A stretch of DNA of 63,967 nucleotides, counting the filler, from Octopus bimaculoides (taxonomy: Eukaryota), in NCBI RefSeq assembly GCF_001194135.2. It is 8 parts of 8 records of this genome, joined end to end, with 100 filler letters (N's around TTAATTAATTAA, not from the genome) between each part and the next. Parts side by side here need not be neighbours in the genome. Positions count along the whole stretch, not along the records: positions 32,590 to 39,754 come from NC_068994.1; positions 39,855 to 49,135 come from NC_068996.1; positions 49,236 to 59,806 come from NC_068983.1; 5 more parts are not named here. One strand, written 5' to 3'. Below are positions 38,857 to 51,818 of this stretch, one piece after another. Made by a program: the position numbers and the translations under genes. Each line of letters begins with the position of its first letter. The stretch's first letter is position 1. The notes under the pieces are model-generated. The model saw only the letters and a list, made by a program, of their open reading frames with translations, was not told where the DNA came from and ran no database searches.

Positions 38857-39974
38857 ACTTTAGACGTATGCATTAGGAATTTTGAAATAGGAATTTTGAA
38901 AGGCGCTTCTATAAAACTAGCTTTTAAACATAAATGGCTATGGGGGTCCACCAAAATAAAATAATCAAAGGGGTCCATATATAAAAAATGGTGGGGGAAC
39001 CCCTGTTTTAGATGAATGCATTGGTATGTATTATAAGAAACGGCTGGGTTTCTTTCTCTAACATTTTACATAATTCAACCTACACAAGTTAAGGATCGTA
39101 ATGTAGCAATGTTCTGAAGGTCCGGTGGAGTTGTGTGGGTGTATTGATTTCTTTATTTGTATTGTTGTTGTTGTTGGAGGTGGTGTTTGTCGCGGCGTTA
39201 ATGTTGTGGTGGTGGTGGTGGTATTGGTGGTGTACTTTGCTGTGGAGATGGTGGTGGTTATGGTGGCGTGGCGATGTTTGAGGTGCTGGTGGCGCTAGTG
39301 GCGTTGTGTTGGTGGGGGTGATGATGGTGGTGATGGCGTTGGTTGTGGTGTTGGTGGTAGTAGTAGTAGCAGGGATGGTAGTGGTGGTGGTGTTGATTTG
39401 TTGGTGGTAGTAGTGGTGTTGGTGGTGATGGTAGTGTTGTTGTTGTTGGTGGTGGTGTTGGTTGTGGTGTTGGCGGTGGTGATAGTAGTGGTAGTGGTGG
39501 TTGTGATAGTGGTGGTTGTAGTAGTGGCGGTGGTGTTGGTCTGTTGGCGGTAGTGTTTGTGGTGGTGGTATTGGTGGTAGTAGTGGTGATGGTGATGGTA
39601 GTGCTGTTGTTGGTGGTGTTGGTTGTGGTGTTGGCGGTGGTAGTAGTAGTGGTAGTGGTGGTGGTGGTAGTGGTGGTGATAGTGGTGGTGGTGGTGGTGG
39701 TGGTATTGGTGGTAGTAGTGGTGATGGTGATGGTAGTGCTGTTGTTGGTGGTGTNNNNNNNNNNNNNNNNNNNNNNNNNNNNNNNNNNNNNNNNNNNNTT
39801 AATTAATTAANNNNNNNNNNNNNNNNNNNNNNNNNNNNNNNNNNNNNNNNNNNNATCACAACAGCAAGAAAGTATGTACATGATCACCTTCTTTTACGAA
39901 ACTTCATTGACTTTCATATGTTTATATTGATATACATATATATACGTGTGTTTGGGTGCGTGTGTGTATATACA

Positions 39975-40064
39975 TCTCTATATATAAAGATGATGCGTAG
40001 TCTAGACGGCGTTTTTAGATTTCATTATTCTCTTTAACCCGGGCAACGCCGGGTATTTCTGCTA

Positions 40065-40065
<1 letters not shown>
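39975..40065 (+). mobile_element. 91-bp minimal Helitron
   Basis: A|TCTCTATATATAAAG ... CCCGG-GCAACG-CCGGG hairpin ... CTGCTAG|T. Confidence 0.75.
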
Positions 40066-40118
<53 letters not shown>

Positions 40119-40369
40119 AAATGTATATGTATGTATGTATGTATGTGTGTGTATATGTTTGTGTGTCTGATTTGTCCCCCCAACATCGCTTGATGACCAA
40201 TACTGGTGTGTTTACGTCCCCGTAACTTAGCGGTTCGGCAAAAGAGACCAATAGATTAAATACTAGGCTTACAAAGAATAAGTCCTGGGACTGATTTGCT
40301 CGAATGAAGGCGATGCTCCAGCATGGCCGCAGTCAAATGACTGAAACAAATAAAATAATAAATCAGTTG

Positions 40370-40660
40370 AATGTGTAATGTGAGTGTATGTGAAAGATTT
40401 AGCACAAAAGTGTTGAGAGAAAAACTGGGTGTTGAAGGAATCAGATGTGTTCAAGAAAGAAAACTGAGATAGGGTGGACATGTGATGTGTATGAATAAAG
40501 ACAGCTGTATAAAGAAGTGTTATTTGCTTGATATGGTTGGAACCTGCAAAAGAGGGATGGGATGAAGTGATGAAAGATGACCTCAGGATCCCAAATCTGA
40601 TAAATGGGATGAGAAAGGACCAGGGTCTGTGGTGATATGAGACTTTCAAAAGGACTTGCC
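40370..40660 (+). mobile_element. RTE-clade LINE 3' coding remnant (another at ~41790-41970)
   Basis: Decayed CNVS..LREKLGV..QERKLR*GGHV..CIKKC..RG..WDEV.K.DL, typical of the RTE C-terminus. Confidence 0.65.
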
Positions 40661-41265
40661 CTTCTCAGCAAAACTGAGTTCTGAAAGTGCTATATTTTGG
40701 GTTCTCCACCTGTGACAGTGACACCCTCTCTTCATACCCCTCTTCCCACTTCATCTCACTCGTCTTCCCCACCACCAGCAACTGTATCATCTTTACTATT
40801 CCTGCTGCTTGCTCCTTTCCCATTCTGCTGCATCCCACTATCATTTCCAGCTCATGATCTTTGTTCATACTCTCTTTCAACTACATCCATTTTGGTAGTC
40901 TTCCCACCACCACCACCACCACCACACAACCACCTTTCCATAAAATCTTACAAACCACTCACCCCTCTATCCAACTACATCTATTCAGCTTGTGCTTTGT
41001 GGGACCACGTGGGCACCTTATCACCATTATTTACATCCTGCAGCTCCTACTGATCATTTTCTCTTCTTCCTACCTCAGTTTTTTTTTTTCCATGTTAGAT
41101 GTGAGTAGCCACTGAGATCCCTCTGCAGGGATGTACTCTAGGCCCCTTCTCTCATAGCAATCTCCTTGTCCCCTAGCATGAAGCATCATGTCAGATGTGC
41201 TAACAATTCTGCCATCTTGCTGCCTTTATCTCACAAATGACAAAATGCAAACTAGTCATTAGCAT

Positions 41266-41755
41266 CATCATCATCATCATCATCATCATTTAACGTTCGC
41301 TTTCCATGCTAGCATGGGTTGGACGATCTGACTGAGGACTGGTGAAACCAGATGGCTACACCAGGCTCCAATCTGATTTGGCAGAGTTTCTACGGCTGGA
41401 TGCCCTTCCTAATGCCAACCACTCCGAGAGTGTAGTGGGTGCTTTTACGTGTCACCGGCACGAAGGCCAGTCAGGTGGTACTGGCAACGGCCATGCTCAA
41501 AATGGTGTATTTTATGTGCCACCTGCATAGGAGTAAGTCGAGCGGCACTGGTACGATCTCGCTCGAATGTCTTTACACATGCCACCAGCACAAGTGCCAG
41601 GAAGGTTCGCTGGGCACAGGTGCCATCACGATTTCACTTTTGCTTGCCCCAACAGGTCTTCACAAGCCAAGTCTTGTGTCCTGCATAGAAGCCAGTCCAG
41701 CAGCACTGGCAACGATCTCATTCGAATGTCTTTACATGTGCCACTGGCACTTAGT
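41266..41755 (-). mobile_element. VNTR-bearing SINE-like retroposon (family C)
   Basis: (CAT)n, the conserved body, then ~5 degenerate GTGCC-N3-GGCAC units. Confidence 0.8.
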
Positions 41756-43058
41756 CTCTTCCATTTGGGATCTCATTTGTATTTTATTTGAATGAGGACT
41801 GCTGTATAAAGAAATGTGATTTGCTTAATGTGGCTGGAAACTGCAGAAGAGGAAGATCCAGAATACATGAGATGAAGTGATAAAAGCTGACCTCAGGACC
41901 CTGAGCCTGACGGATGAGATGACAAAGGATCAGAATCTGTGGCAATATGGGGTTCTTAAAAAGGACTTGTCCTCCTCAGTTGAGTTCTTGAAGTACTATA
42001 CCTTGAGATATTTTATTTGTATTTTTTCTACCTTTCTGTATGTTACAGTCATTAGACCGAGGCCATGCTGGGGCACTGCCTTGAAGAATTTTAGATGAAC
42101 AAGTTGACCCCAGTACTCATTTGTTGAATCCTGGCACTTTTTCTATCTGTCTATTTTGCTGAGTCCACTAAGTTAGAGAGCTGTAAACACACCAACATTT
42201 GGTTGTCAAGCAGTAGTGGAAGTAAAACAAAGATACAAGCACACAAACACACACAATAGGCTTCTATAAATGTATGTCTATCAAATCCAATCACAAGGTG
42301 TTGGTGGACATTTTTGCCCTTACATTTTATATCTTTTTTCAATTGCTTTATTTGATCTTTTTTACCAAATTTGGAATATAATTATTCATGATGTATAGTC
42401 TTCTTGTGTGTAATAGAATATTCTCCTTAATGATTACCATCATTCCAAAATATTTTCCTTCAGAATACTCATGAATTCAGCTTGACTTCTGTTTGTTGTG
42501 TAATATATATATTAAGATATTATGCATCAAATTACAATTCTATCTTGACCTAAATAATATATCTTCTAAGGTTGATTTTAACATACTCCACCATCTCTTT
42601 GCATATGAACTAGTCAGAACAAGTCAGTTAAAATATGGGTGTGGGCAAGCACTATGTATTGCTGCTTATATTCATTTAACTGCCGGGTGTGCTCGGGTAC
42701 ACGATGAATTAAATTACAAGTCAGTCATGATCTGATAAGTATGAATCGTAAGTAGGTCTATAAAGAATATATCACTACCCCTTGGACTAGGGAATGGTCA
42801 GATATGAGCATAGGGATGAGCTGACCCAAAATTTACAATTCACTCTCTTAAAATGTTCAACAGTATAAGCAATAGTGATATAAACTTCAATAAAAATAGG
42901 ATGGTGTTGAATTCCTCCCTCCATGTAGCATTTCATTCAATCAAATATGTAAATGGATTCATTATCTGTAATTGATGCATTGCAGCATTCTGAATTATGC
43001 CATTCTATTTGAAACATACATAGCTGATTAAATCATGAACATATCTCCATTTTTTTAA

Positions 43059-43089
<31 letters not shown>

Positions 43090-43157
43090 CATAGGCACAG
43101 GAATGGCTGAGCAAAGCTTCATGGCTAGATTTGGTAGATCGAAACTGGAAGAAGCCC

Positions 43158-43228
<71 letters not shown>

Positions 43229-43904
43229 CTCTTTGTCTCCCACCACTACCACTTGACAACCAGTGCTGGTGTGTTTATATCCCCATGACTTAGTGGTTCA
43301 GCTAAAGAGACCAATAGAATAAGTACCAAACTTTTAAAAAATAAAAGTATTGGGGTCAATTCATTCAACTAAAATTCTTCAATGCCCCAGCATAGCCACA
43401 GTCTAGTGACTGAAACAAATAAAAGAATATATATATATATAGCTATATATACATATATACCTAAACGTGCGCACGCACACACGCACACACACACATCAAT
43501 AAGTGTATATAGGTGTATGTCTATTTTATTTTTTTTACTTGTTTATATATATATATATATATATATAACAGGTTAGGTGGAGAGGAGCTTCAGCCAGGGT
43601 ACTCACAGGTAAGGCACATGGGTATAAAATCTTCTGGGAAGGTAACAGTGATGGAGTAGGGAGTGTAGGCACACTCCTTGCAGAGAAAGGGGTGGATAAG
43701 ATCATAGNNNNNNNNNNNNNNNNNNNNNNNNNNNNNNNNNNNNNNNNNNNNNNNNNNNNNNNNNNNNNNNNNNNNNNNNNNNNNNNNNNNNNNNNNNNNN
43801 NNNNNNNNNNNNNNNNNNNNNNNNNNNNNNNNNNNNNNNNNNNNNNNNNNNNNNNNNNNNNNNNNNNNNNNNNNNNNNNNNNNNNNNNNNNNNNNNNNNN
43901 NNNN

Positions 43905-44245
43905 CACAAGCAGGCCTACCAAACGATCGGAAGGACCGCTTTTATGATACCCTTCTACAGTCTACCTCAAAGACGAGTGGCAATGACTTCATCTTTGTGG
44001 CTAGAGATTTCAATGGGCATGTTGGACAGCAATCTGGTATCTTCCATGGTGTTCACAGCGGCCATGGAATTGGTTCCCAAAATGAAGAGGGAACTAGGCT
44101 ACTGGAATTCTGTGATGCATGCAACCTACTAATCTGCAACACTAACTTCAGGAAGCCAGACAACCACCTGATAACCTATCAATCAGGCAACTCTACTAGC
44201 CAGATTTATTTCATTCTCACCAGACAGCGGGATGCACCTAATCTA
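43905..44245 (+). mobile_element. RTE-clade apurinic endonuclease fragment
   Basis: DFNGHVG..HGIGSQNEEGTRLLEFCDACNLLICNTNFRK..HLITYQSG..SQIYFIL. Confidence 0.85.
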
Positions 44246-45536
44246 TAGCTTTTGAATTCAAAATTGACACTACTTCTGGGTTTTTGTAGGAACTAATTAC
44301 ATCTTTATTATTAACATAATAATTAGGCTAATATTGATATATATAAGTTTTCCATTCTTAGTATATGTAAAACAATACTGATGCTTTATTCAGACTAAAG
44401 AAAAAGCCTTGTTGACCTAGATGCTTAATGTTAAATTCCCTACATCATGATAGTAGTAAAAAAAACCCTAACCTAAAATAGTGTTGCCACTCTGACCAGA
44501 GAAATCTTTATAATCATATCCATGTATAATGCTTACACCTTCCCTTTCCTTAGAAGTGAAAGGTTGTATGCCCCCTTATACTTTGAACCACTAGGTAAGA
44601 GACAAAATCAGAGAAAGTTAAAATTCTACCTAGAACTAATTACTAGCCTGCTAGTCTTGGCTATGTCAAGATGGATTTTTATGTATTTTTCTTCCCACTT
44701 AGATTTTAAATGTTGCCACAATAGTAATATGTTCATTCTGCTGTAATTTTCTATATTCTTGTGCAGCTGAAGATTGCTCTGCATTTTGCATTTAATGTAA
44801 TGCTCGCATTACTTAAATAAATGGAGTAGCATGAAACATTCGTACTGCAATAACCTTTTAAAATCTGTGTTGCTTTTTTGATTTATATATATATATATAT
44901 AGAGTTATTAATATTTCTAAGTCTCTCTAAAGGAGACTACGGCTTCTTGGAGCTAATTCACGGCAGCTTTCGTCCTAATTTTGGGACTGCCATGTTGGCT
45001 TGGCGATAACTATTAATTATATATATATATATATATNNNNNNNNNNNTGGATGTATATATATATGTAGAGAGAGAAAGACGTGCATGCACACACACACAC
45101 ATACATACAAACATACACATACAGAAGTAAGTATACAAACGAATAGAGTTTCACTACACCTGTTTTAGATGAATTTTTATTGATGAACAAATCAATTACA
45201 TCATGAAAAAAGGAAAAATAAAAATATTAATCTAAAATTTAATATTTAAGAATATATTTTGACACCCTCAGTGAGTAAATATACAAAGTATGGTTCGACA
45301 TTATATAGGAGAAAGGGTCAATAACCCATCAACAAACTATGCTATTCAATGTCATTAATGAGTGGTAAGATGGATAGATAATAAAATAGATTATAGATAA
45401 TAAAAGTGTAATGTCCAGTTGGCTGTGTCAAATTGCCAGTGTCCAAACCACCATCCTCAATTGTCCTATTTTCGGTCTAGTAACATCATTCTTTTGCAGA
45501 TAAAAATCTTGAAGAATTTCAACATATTGCCTAGAC

Positions 45537-46727
45537 CACTGGTCCCAACTGGGGTTGATATGACCCTTGGGGGGAAGAAGGGGTGGAGCAATGGTCTCCA
45601 TAAGATTTTATTGTTAAAATTTATCTGCAATAAATTAGTTATATTTCTACAATACACAAAATATTTTATCAATTTTCTTAGCCTCAAGTCAACCAAAGCC
45701 TTGCAAGTGGATTTGCTAGACAGAAACTGAAAGAAGCCCGTCGGATATATATATGTATATATATATATATCATCATCACCATCAATTAACGTCCGCTTTC
45801 CATGCTAGCATGGGTTGGACGATTTGATTGAGGACTGGTGAACCAGATGGCTACACCAGGCTCCAATCTGATTTGGCAGAGTTTCTACAGCTGGATGCCC
45901 TTCCTAATGCCAACCACTCCAAGAGTGTAGTGGGTGCTTTTACGTGCCACTGGCACAAATACCAGTCAGGAGTATGCATGTTTGTGCATCTGTGTTTGTC
46001 ACCCCATTATCACTTGATAACTGGTGTTGGTGTGTTTACATCTCCGTAACTTAGTGGTTCAGAATAAGAGACCAATAAAATAAATACTAGGCTTACAAGG
46101 AATAAGTCCTGGGGTCAATTTGTTTGACTAAAGGTAGTGTTCCAGCACAGCCAGTCAAATGACTGAAACAAATAAAAGAATAAAAGAAGGCACAGGAGTG
46201 GCTGTGTGGTAAGTAGCTTGCTTACCAACCACATGGTTCCGGGTTCAGTCCCACTGCATGGCACCTTGGGCAAGTGTCTTCTACTATAGCCTCGGGCCGA
46301 CCAAAGCCTTGTGAGTGGATTTGGTAGACGGAAACTGAAAGAAGCCCATCGTATATATGTATATATATATGTATGTGTGTATATGTTGTGTATCTGCATT
46401 TGTCCCCCCAACATCGCTTGACAACCGATGCTGGTGTGTTTACATCCCCGTAACTTAGCGGTTCGGCAAAAAGAGACCGATAGAATAAGTACTAGGCTTA
46501 AAAAGAATAAGTCCTGGGGTTGATTTGATTCGACTAAAGGTGGTGCTCCAGCATGGCCACAGTCAAATGACTGAAACAAGTAAAAGAATAAAAGAATAAA
46601 GAAAGAATAGTATTTAACTATAAAAAATTTAATATGATTTTTTGAACATTGAATGGCTGTGAGGAACCATTCAAATTAAATAGACACCAAAGTGGTCCAT
46701 AGGTAAAAATGATTGAAAAAAACACTG
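45537..46727. mobile_element. hAT-like MITE carrying nested SINE insertions
   Basis: Ends CACTGGTCCCAAC / TTGAAAAAAACACTG resemble hAT CAGTGGTT.. TIRs. 8-bp flanks GCCTAGAC / AGCTAGAC (6/8 identical). Confidence 0.5.
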
Positions 46728-47469
46728 AGCTAGACTGTGGCACCTTCAAATATAAGAATATACTTATTAGGCCTTAGTAGTACCATTCAGTCACAGGTCA
46801 TAAATTGATCTAGAGATAAATATTTAGTCTATTCAAAATACACTTTAGAATATAGTTAGAGATAATGAGAGATATTAATTAATCAGCAGAGTAAAAGACG
46901 AAGACAACACCAATTTGATAAGAATAATTATAGCATGATCAACAATGTAATAATAATCACAACCTGATTATAATTATAATAATAATCCTTACTGCTATAG
47001 GAACAAGGTTTAAAATTTGTGGAGGGGTATACTCGATTATATTGACTCAAGTACTTAACTGATACTAATTTCATTAACCTGAAAAAATGAAAGGCAAAAC
47101 TAAACTTAGAACATAAAGCCAGGTGAAAATGCTGCTAAGCATTTTTACAATCATTCATGATTATTTTGCCAATAGCAAGATGGTCCTTGTTTTTTTTTAA
47201 ATGTTTCCAACATCCCTTCTGCTTGACAAGTAGCATCTCATTTTGAAGCAAGTGATTGTACACTTTTGCAGCAAAGATACCTGTCAGCAAATTTTGTTTC
47301 GTAGCTGCTCAGGATCAAGCACTAGACTAAAGGTGGTGCTCCAGCATGACCACAGTCAAAATGACTGAAACGAGTAAAAGAAAAGAGCCCAGATAAAACA
47401 AATGAATGTGGGAAGATGGAAAGTGTGACATACATCACGAGTGTCTGTGACATGCTTGTACAGAGTGTC

Positions 47470-47700
47470 CTAGAATATCAGTCAGTGAAACTTTTGGGGG
47501 ACTTCACAATCCAGACAAATAGGGTTCTTCAACTTACAAGACCAGACATAATTTTCATGGAAAAAGATACTTAAAGGAGGTGCTTGTTGATTGATGTAGC
47601 TTGCCCCAGAAGATCATTATATCAATGGTAAGGAACATAAAAATAAAAACCCCTACAATATGCAGACAAGAGTGGTACCAATTGTGAGAGAAGTACATGG
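47470..47700 (+). mobile_element. Old R4/Dong-like REL-domain remnant
   Basis: VKLLGDFTIQT..RPDIIF..LLIDVACP..TRVVPIV. Confidence 0.6.
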
Positions 47701-47878
47701 GTCTGAAACACCTTCACACAAATGGAATCTCTCCTAACAATACGATATTGCAAAAGACAACACTTGTAGGAATGGTAAATATCCTGTGGAAAGTACTATT
47801 TCAGTTTACACAACTTGAGAGAGAGTCAATTAAACAACCTAGTGTTAAGAAGATCATCACAGTACAAAAGAAGGAATA

Positions 47879-47940
<62 letters not shown>

Positions 47941-48205
47941 AATAGTCAAGACGAAGAGCGCGATTCGATTGTAAGATATTTTATTAGTTGAACGATATTT
48001 CAACAGTATTATGTCTTTATCAAGCTCAAAATAAGAAGTGATATAAATTCAAAATTATAGAAATTTAATTTAAAGTATGAACGAGAGCAGCCAGTGTCCA
48101 CACATTGATGGAATGAGATCATCAGTTTTTAAGTTACAATTTTATAACAGGTAGTGAACAACTGACACTGTAGTACATCTCCAGCATTAGAAGCTGTGCA
48201 AAGGC

Positions 48206-48272
<67 letters not shown>

Positions 48273-48569
48273 GCCCTGCTAGGAACAACTCACATTATAT
48301 TATAATTGTCTTTTTCTTTTCGCCTGTTATAAAATTGAAACTTAAAGACAAATGATGTCATTCCATCAGCGTGTGGACGCTGGTTGCTCTCGTTCATACT
48401 TTATATTTAAATTTCTATAATTTTGCATTTTTATCACTTCTAATTTTGAACTTGACAAAGACACACATACTGTTGAAATATTGTTCAACCAATAAAATAT
48501 CTTACAATCGAATTGCACTCTTCATCTTGATTGTTTACTTTTGTGAAGAGTCACATCAATCCTTTCTAA

Positions 48570-48607
<38 letters not shown>

Positions 48608-49030
48608 GTGCTTCAAATTTTGGCACAAAGTCAATAATTTTAGGGGAAGCAGGGTTTGGTGATTACATTAACACCATTTTTTGACTAGAACTTTATTTTT
48701 ATCAGCCCTGAAGAGATGAAAGCCAAAGTTTTGAACATGGAACATAAAAAAGCTAGAAGAAATGCTGCAAAGCATTTTGTCTGACACTCTGATGATTCTA
48801 TCAGCTCATATGGGGAGGGGGATAATCGATTACATTGACCCCAGTGTTTCATGAGTACTTATTGATCCTGAAAGGATGAAAGGCAAAGTTGACCTTGGTA
48901 GAATTTGAACTCAGAACATAGCAACAGGTGAAATACTGAAATACTGCTATGCATTTCGCCCAGTATGCTAATGATTCTGCCAGCTTGCCACCTTCAATTC
49001 TGCCAGCCCAATAATAATAATAATAATAAA

Positions 49031-49135
49031 CAACATACTAGCAGAGCCAGAGACAATGCCTGAATGGCTCACGAAAGGGAAAACCATCTTAATCCCCAAA
49101 TCCATGGAAACAGAGAAACCACAAAACTATAGACC
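49031..49135 (+). mobile_element. R4/Dong-like RT N-terminal fragment abutting (AAT)n, cut by an assembly join
   Basis: NILAEPETMPEWLTKGKTILIPKSMETEKPQNYRP. Confidence 0.75.
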
Positions 49136-49324
49136 NNNNNNNNNNNNNNNNNNNNNNNNNNNNNNNNNNNNNNNNNNNNTTAATTAATTAANNNNNNNNN
49201 NNNNNNNNNNNNNNNNNNNNNNNNNNNNNNNNNNNGTGTGGTACACGGAACAGATCTCAAAGAGAAACTGAACCGAGACAAATTTGCTGGGTATGAGTTA
49301 ATCTATTTAAAGCATTCAGGGGGC

Positions 49325-49640
49325 TCCAAGATGGTAGTAGAAAAACACTATCACGTGACCTTATTAAGAGCTGTGATTGGTCAGTTTGCGTTCTGGCGGG
49401 AACGGTTCGAAGTTGCCGATTCGAATAATGATCAGTCACGTGATGACAAGGTTGATGTTTTCCGCTACGCCCGCGCTTGTTTATATTTAAATGAGAAGAA
49501 TGGCGATAGCAGTTTTGTATCTAATGGCGATAGGTAGTTTCACTACAACCCTATGATCTTAATTAAGTTCAATGATCTTGAATACAAAAACGAAGTTTCT
49601 ACAATCTTTTATTTATAACTTGTGTATATGGTGAGTGGTA
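49325..49640. promoter_or_regulatory. CpG-rich promoter-like cluster
   Basis: TCACGTGA at 49351 and 49436, ATTGG (CCAAT) at 49376, GGCGGGAA (E2F-like) at 49395, two AATGGCG motifs near 49500-49530, and ATG|GTGAGT at 49628-49636. Confidence 0.45.
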
Positions 49641-50635
49641 CGAAATATCTGATTTGCTGTTACAGCCACTCGTTGCTTCCTGTTTGCCGTCTGACAGTAG
49701 GTAGGTGCTTGCAATGCAACCGAGTATTCTGGAGTCGTAGCAGATATGTTGTTACTTTCTTTTTACTAACATTGAATTCTAGTAAATTCGTTTTGGTTGC
49801 AAACACCATAGTTGCAACATAGTTTTTACATTGTCATTTTGTTTACTTTGAAAGCGACGGCATGCGAAGTTGTATTTTTCAAACCTGACGCGCGAAGCTC
49901 TTAAAAATAATGGTGTGTCAGGTAAAGTTATTTGATTAAAACAAATTAGAATGTGAAGGTGTGATGTAACAGAGATAGTTTGTTTGGACGTTTTGTTACA
50001 GTGCGTCTTGATAGCCGCTTCTTTAATTAAATAACGCTTATGTTGCCCTTACATCTCATTGGTAAAACCACCCGCAGTAATTAAAGGTGTAAAGATAGAT
50101 CAAAGAGTTTTAGTGCGATCCTTTAACATAGCGGAGTGACGGTAATCGCACACATACACACCTTGTAAGTGAATTTGGTATAAAGAAACTGAAAGAATGC
50201 TATCGACTGTTTACGTCCCCGTAAACTAGTGTTTGATAAAAGAGACCGATAGCACAAGTACCAGATTAAAAAAAAAAAATTAGTACTGAGGTCGATTCTT
50301 TCGATTAATATTCTTCGAGGTGGTGCCCAAGGATGTCTTCAGTCTAATAACTGAAGCAAGTAAAAGAAGTAAAGGGTAAAATAGTATAATTTTCAGTGAT
50401 TAGAAATAGTAATTTATTGATCGTTGACGTTAGAAATAGAGATAAGTGGAGTGAAATGCATTTTGTTTGTGAATGTCACAATGTGTCAAAATATTCTTTT
50501 TTATTCTAGGTACAAGGCCCGAAATTTTGGGAGAGGGTACCAGTCGATTAGATCTACCCCCAGTACGCGAATGGTTCTTAATCTATCGACCCCGATATTT
50601 TGTTCCTCCCCACTTATTGTGGGAGGAAGATTATA

Positions 50636-51818
50636 AGAGCCTAGGTGTGCGGGTTACCCCCGGGCACGGAGGCAGGATGGATTGAAGATACTATCCGGCG
50701 AGGCCTGGGGGAAAGCGAGCTCAGGTTATTGGATGTGACTCTAGCTCCTGCGGTCGACTGGGAGGGGTCGAAGGAAACTTTGACTCTGTGGACCCCGGTG
50801 GCTGTGGGACAGATGGTATTCCCTGACTTTCTAAAAATGGCCGGGTCCAGGTACCCTACCCAATGATACTTAAGGGACGCCCTCCCAAGTGTCACCTGTG
50901 CCTGGAACCTGGCCATATCAGGAAGAACTGCCCCCAGGGCCGTGGCAAGGCCCTGGAGCAGAAAAAAGAAAAGGTGTCCGCCGCCCCGCATTGGAGGGGG
51001 AGACGGCGGAAGTTGTGGAGGAAAGTGCCTCCACGAAGAGGAAAAGAGAGGTGAACAACAATGGTTGCTCACCAACAGACGCGCAGGTTGCGGAAGAGGA
51101 GGAGGACTCCTCTGTTGTGCCGGTGGAGGCCCCGACTCCCGTAACCGTAAGAAGGAAAAAGAGGAAGAAAAGAAATGGGAGACGGTCGGCGGATGTCGCT
51201 GTGCCGCCGACCGAACCCGATGCTCTTCCGGTAGGAGGTGTGCCACCGGAGCGAGAGGTTGTGTCAGTGAGGAAGAAGTAGAACCCATCGCTTTCTATCT
51301 CTGTCGAGTAATGCTTGGACAGTCTTCCAGACTGACAACGATATGACTCGCTCTGTATAGACTGTCCAAGCTGGCCTCTGCAGGTGGCTGCGGAGTTCAT
51401 GAGTCAGAAGGAGTTGTTTGAGGTCACGGTGACCTGTAGTAGGAAGGACTTTGTTTTCCTCTTTCCGGGCCCCGACCTGCCGATGCAGGCTTTCCTGCAG
51501 GTGGCAGGTCAATTGCTTGGGGGCCCCGATGAAGAGGATCGATTTTGTAATTTTATAATTATAAATTGTAATAATTCTAATTATAATATTGTAATTGTAA
51601 TTTTGATATGGTTTGACATTATTATCGATTTATTGTTATATTTTTATATTTGTGTAAAAAGAAACTGTGAATTCGAGGGGTGTTCGGTCGGCGGGCGCCG
51701 GTGCCTCTTCCATTGTTTCATTTCTTCATCATGTCTCATCCTCATTAATGTTTCTGTCCAGCCCGCAGCTACCTATTTATCTGTGTTCGGCCTTAATGGT
51801 CAATTTCATGAAATAAAG
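50636..51818 (+). mobile_element. GC-rich non-LTR ORF1-like element (single CCHC zinc knuckle), frameshifted, no RT visible
   Basis: CHLCLEPGHIRKNC at 50890-50931 followed by a basic/acidic low-complexity tail. AT-rich 3' region and AATAAA at 51812. L1/Tx1-like assignment is inference. Confidence 0.65.

Noticed and set aside
42682-42712. GC-rich CCGGGTGTGCTCGGG hairpin like a Helitron 3' end
   Set aside because: No CTAG/CTRR terminus at the expected distance on either strand.
44959-44994. Minus-strand GTCC-CAAAATTA-GGAC-GAAA, resembling a classic hammerhead stem II
   Set aside because: There is no CUGANGA upstream. The segment folds as a simple bulged hairpin (CATGGCAG/CTGCCGTG) of unknown repeat origin.
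50641-51400. Long minus-strand ORFs (215 aa, 160 aa)
   Set aside because: Antisense frames of the GC-rich ORF1-like element. The CCHC motif identifies the plus strand as coding.
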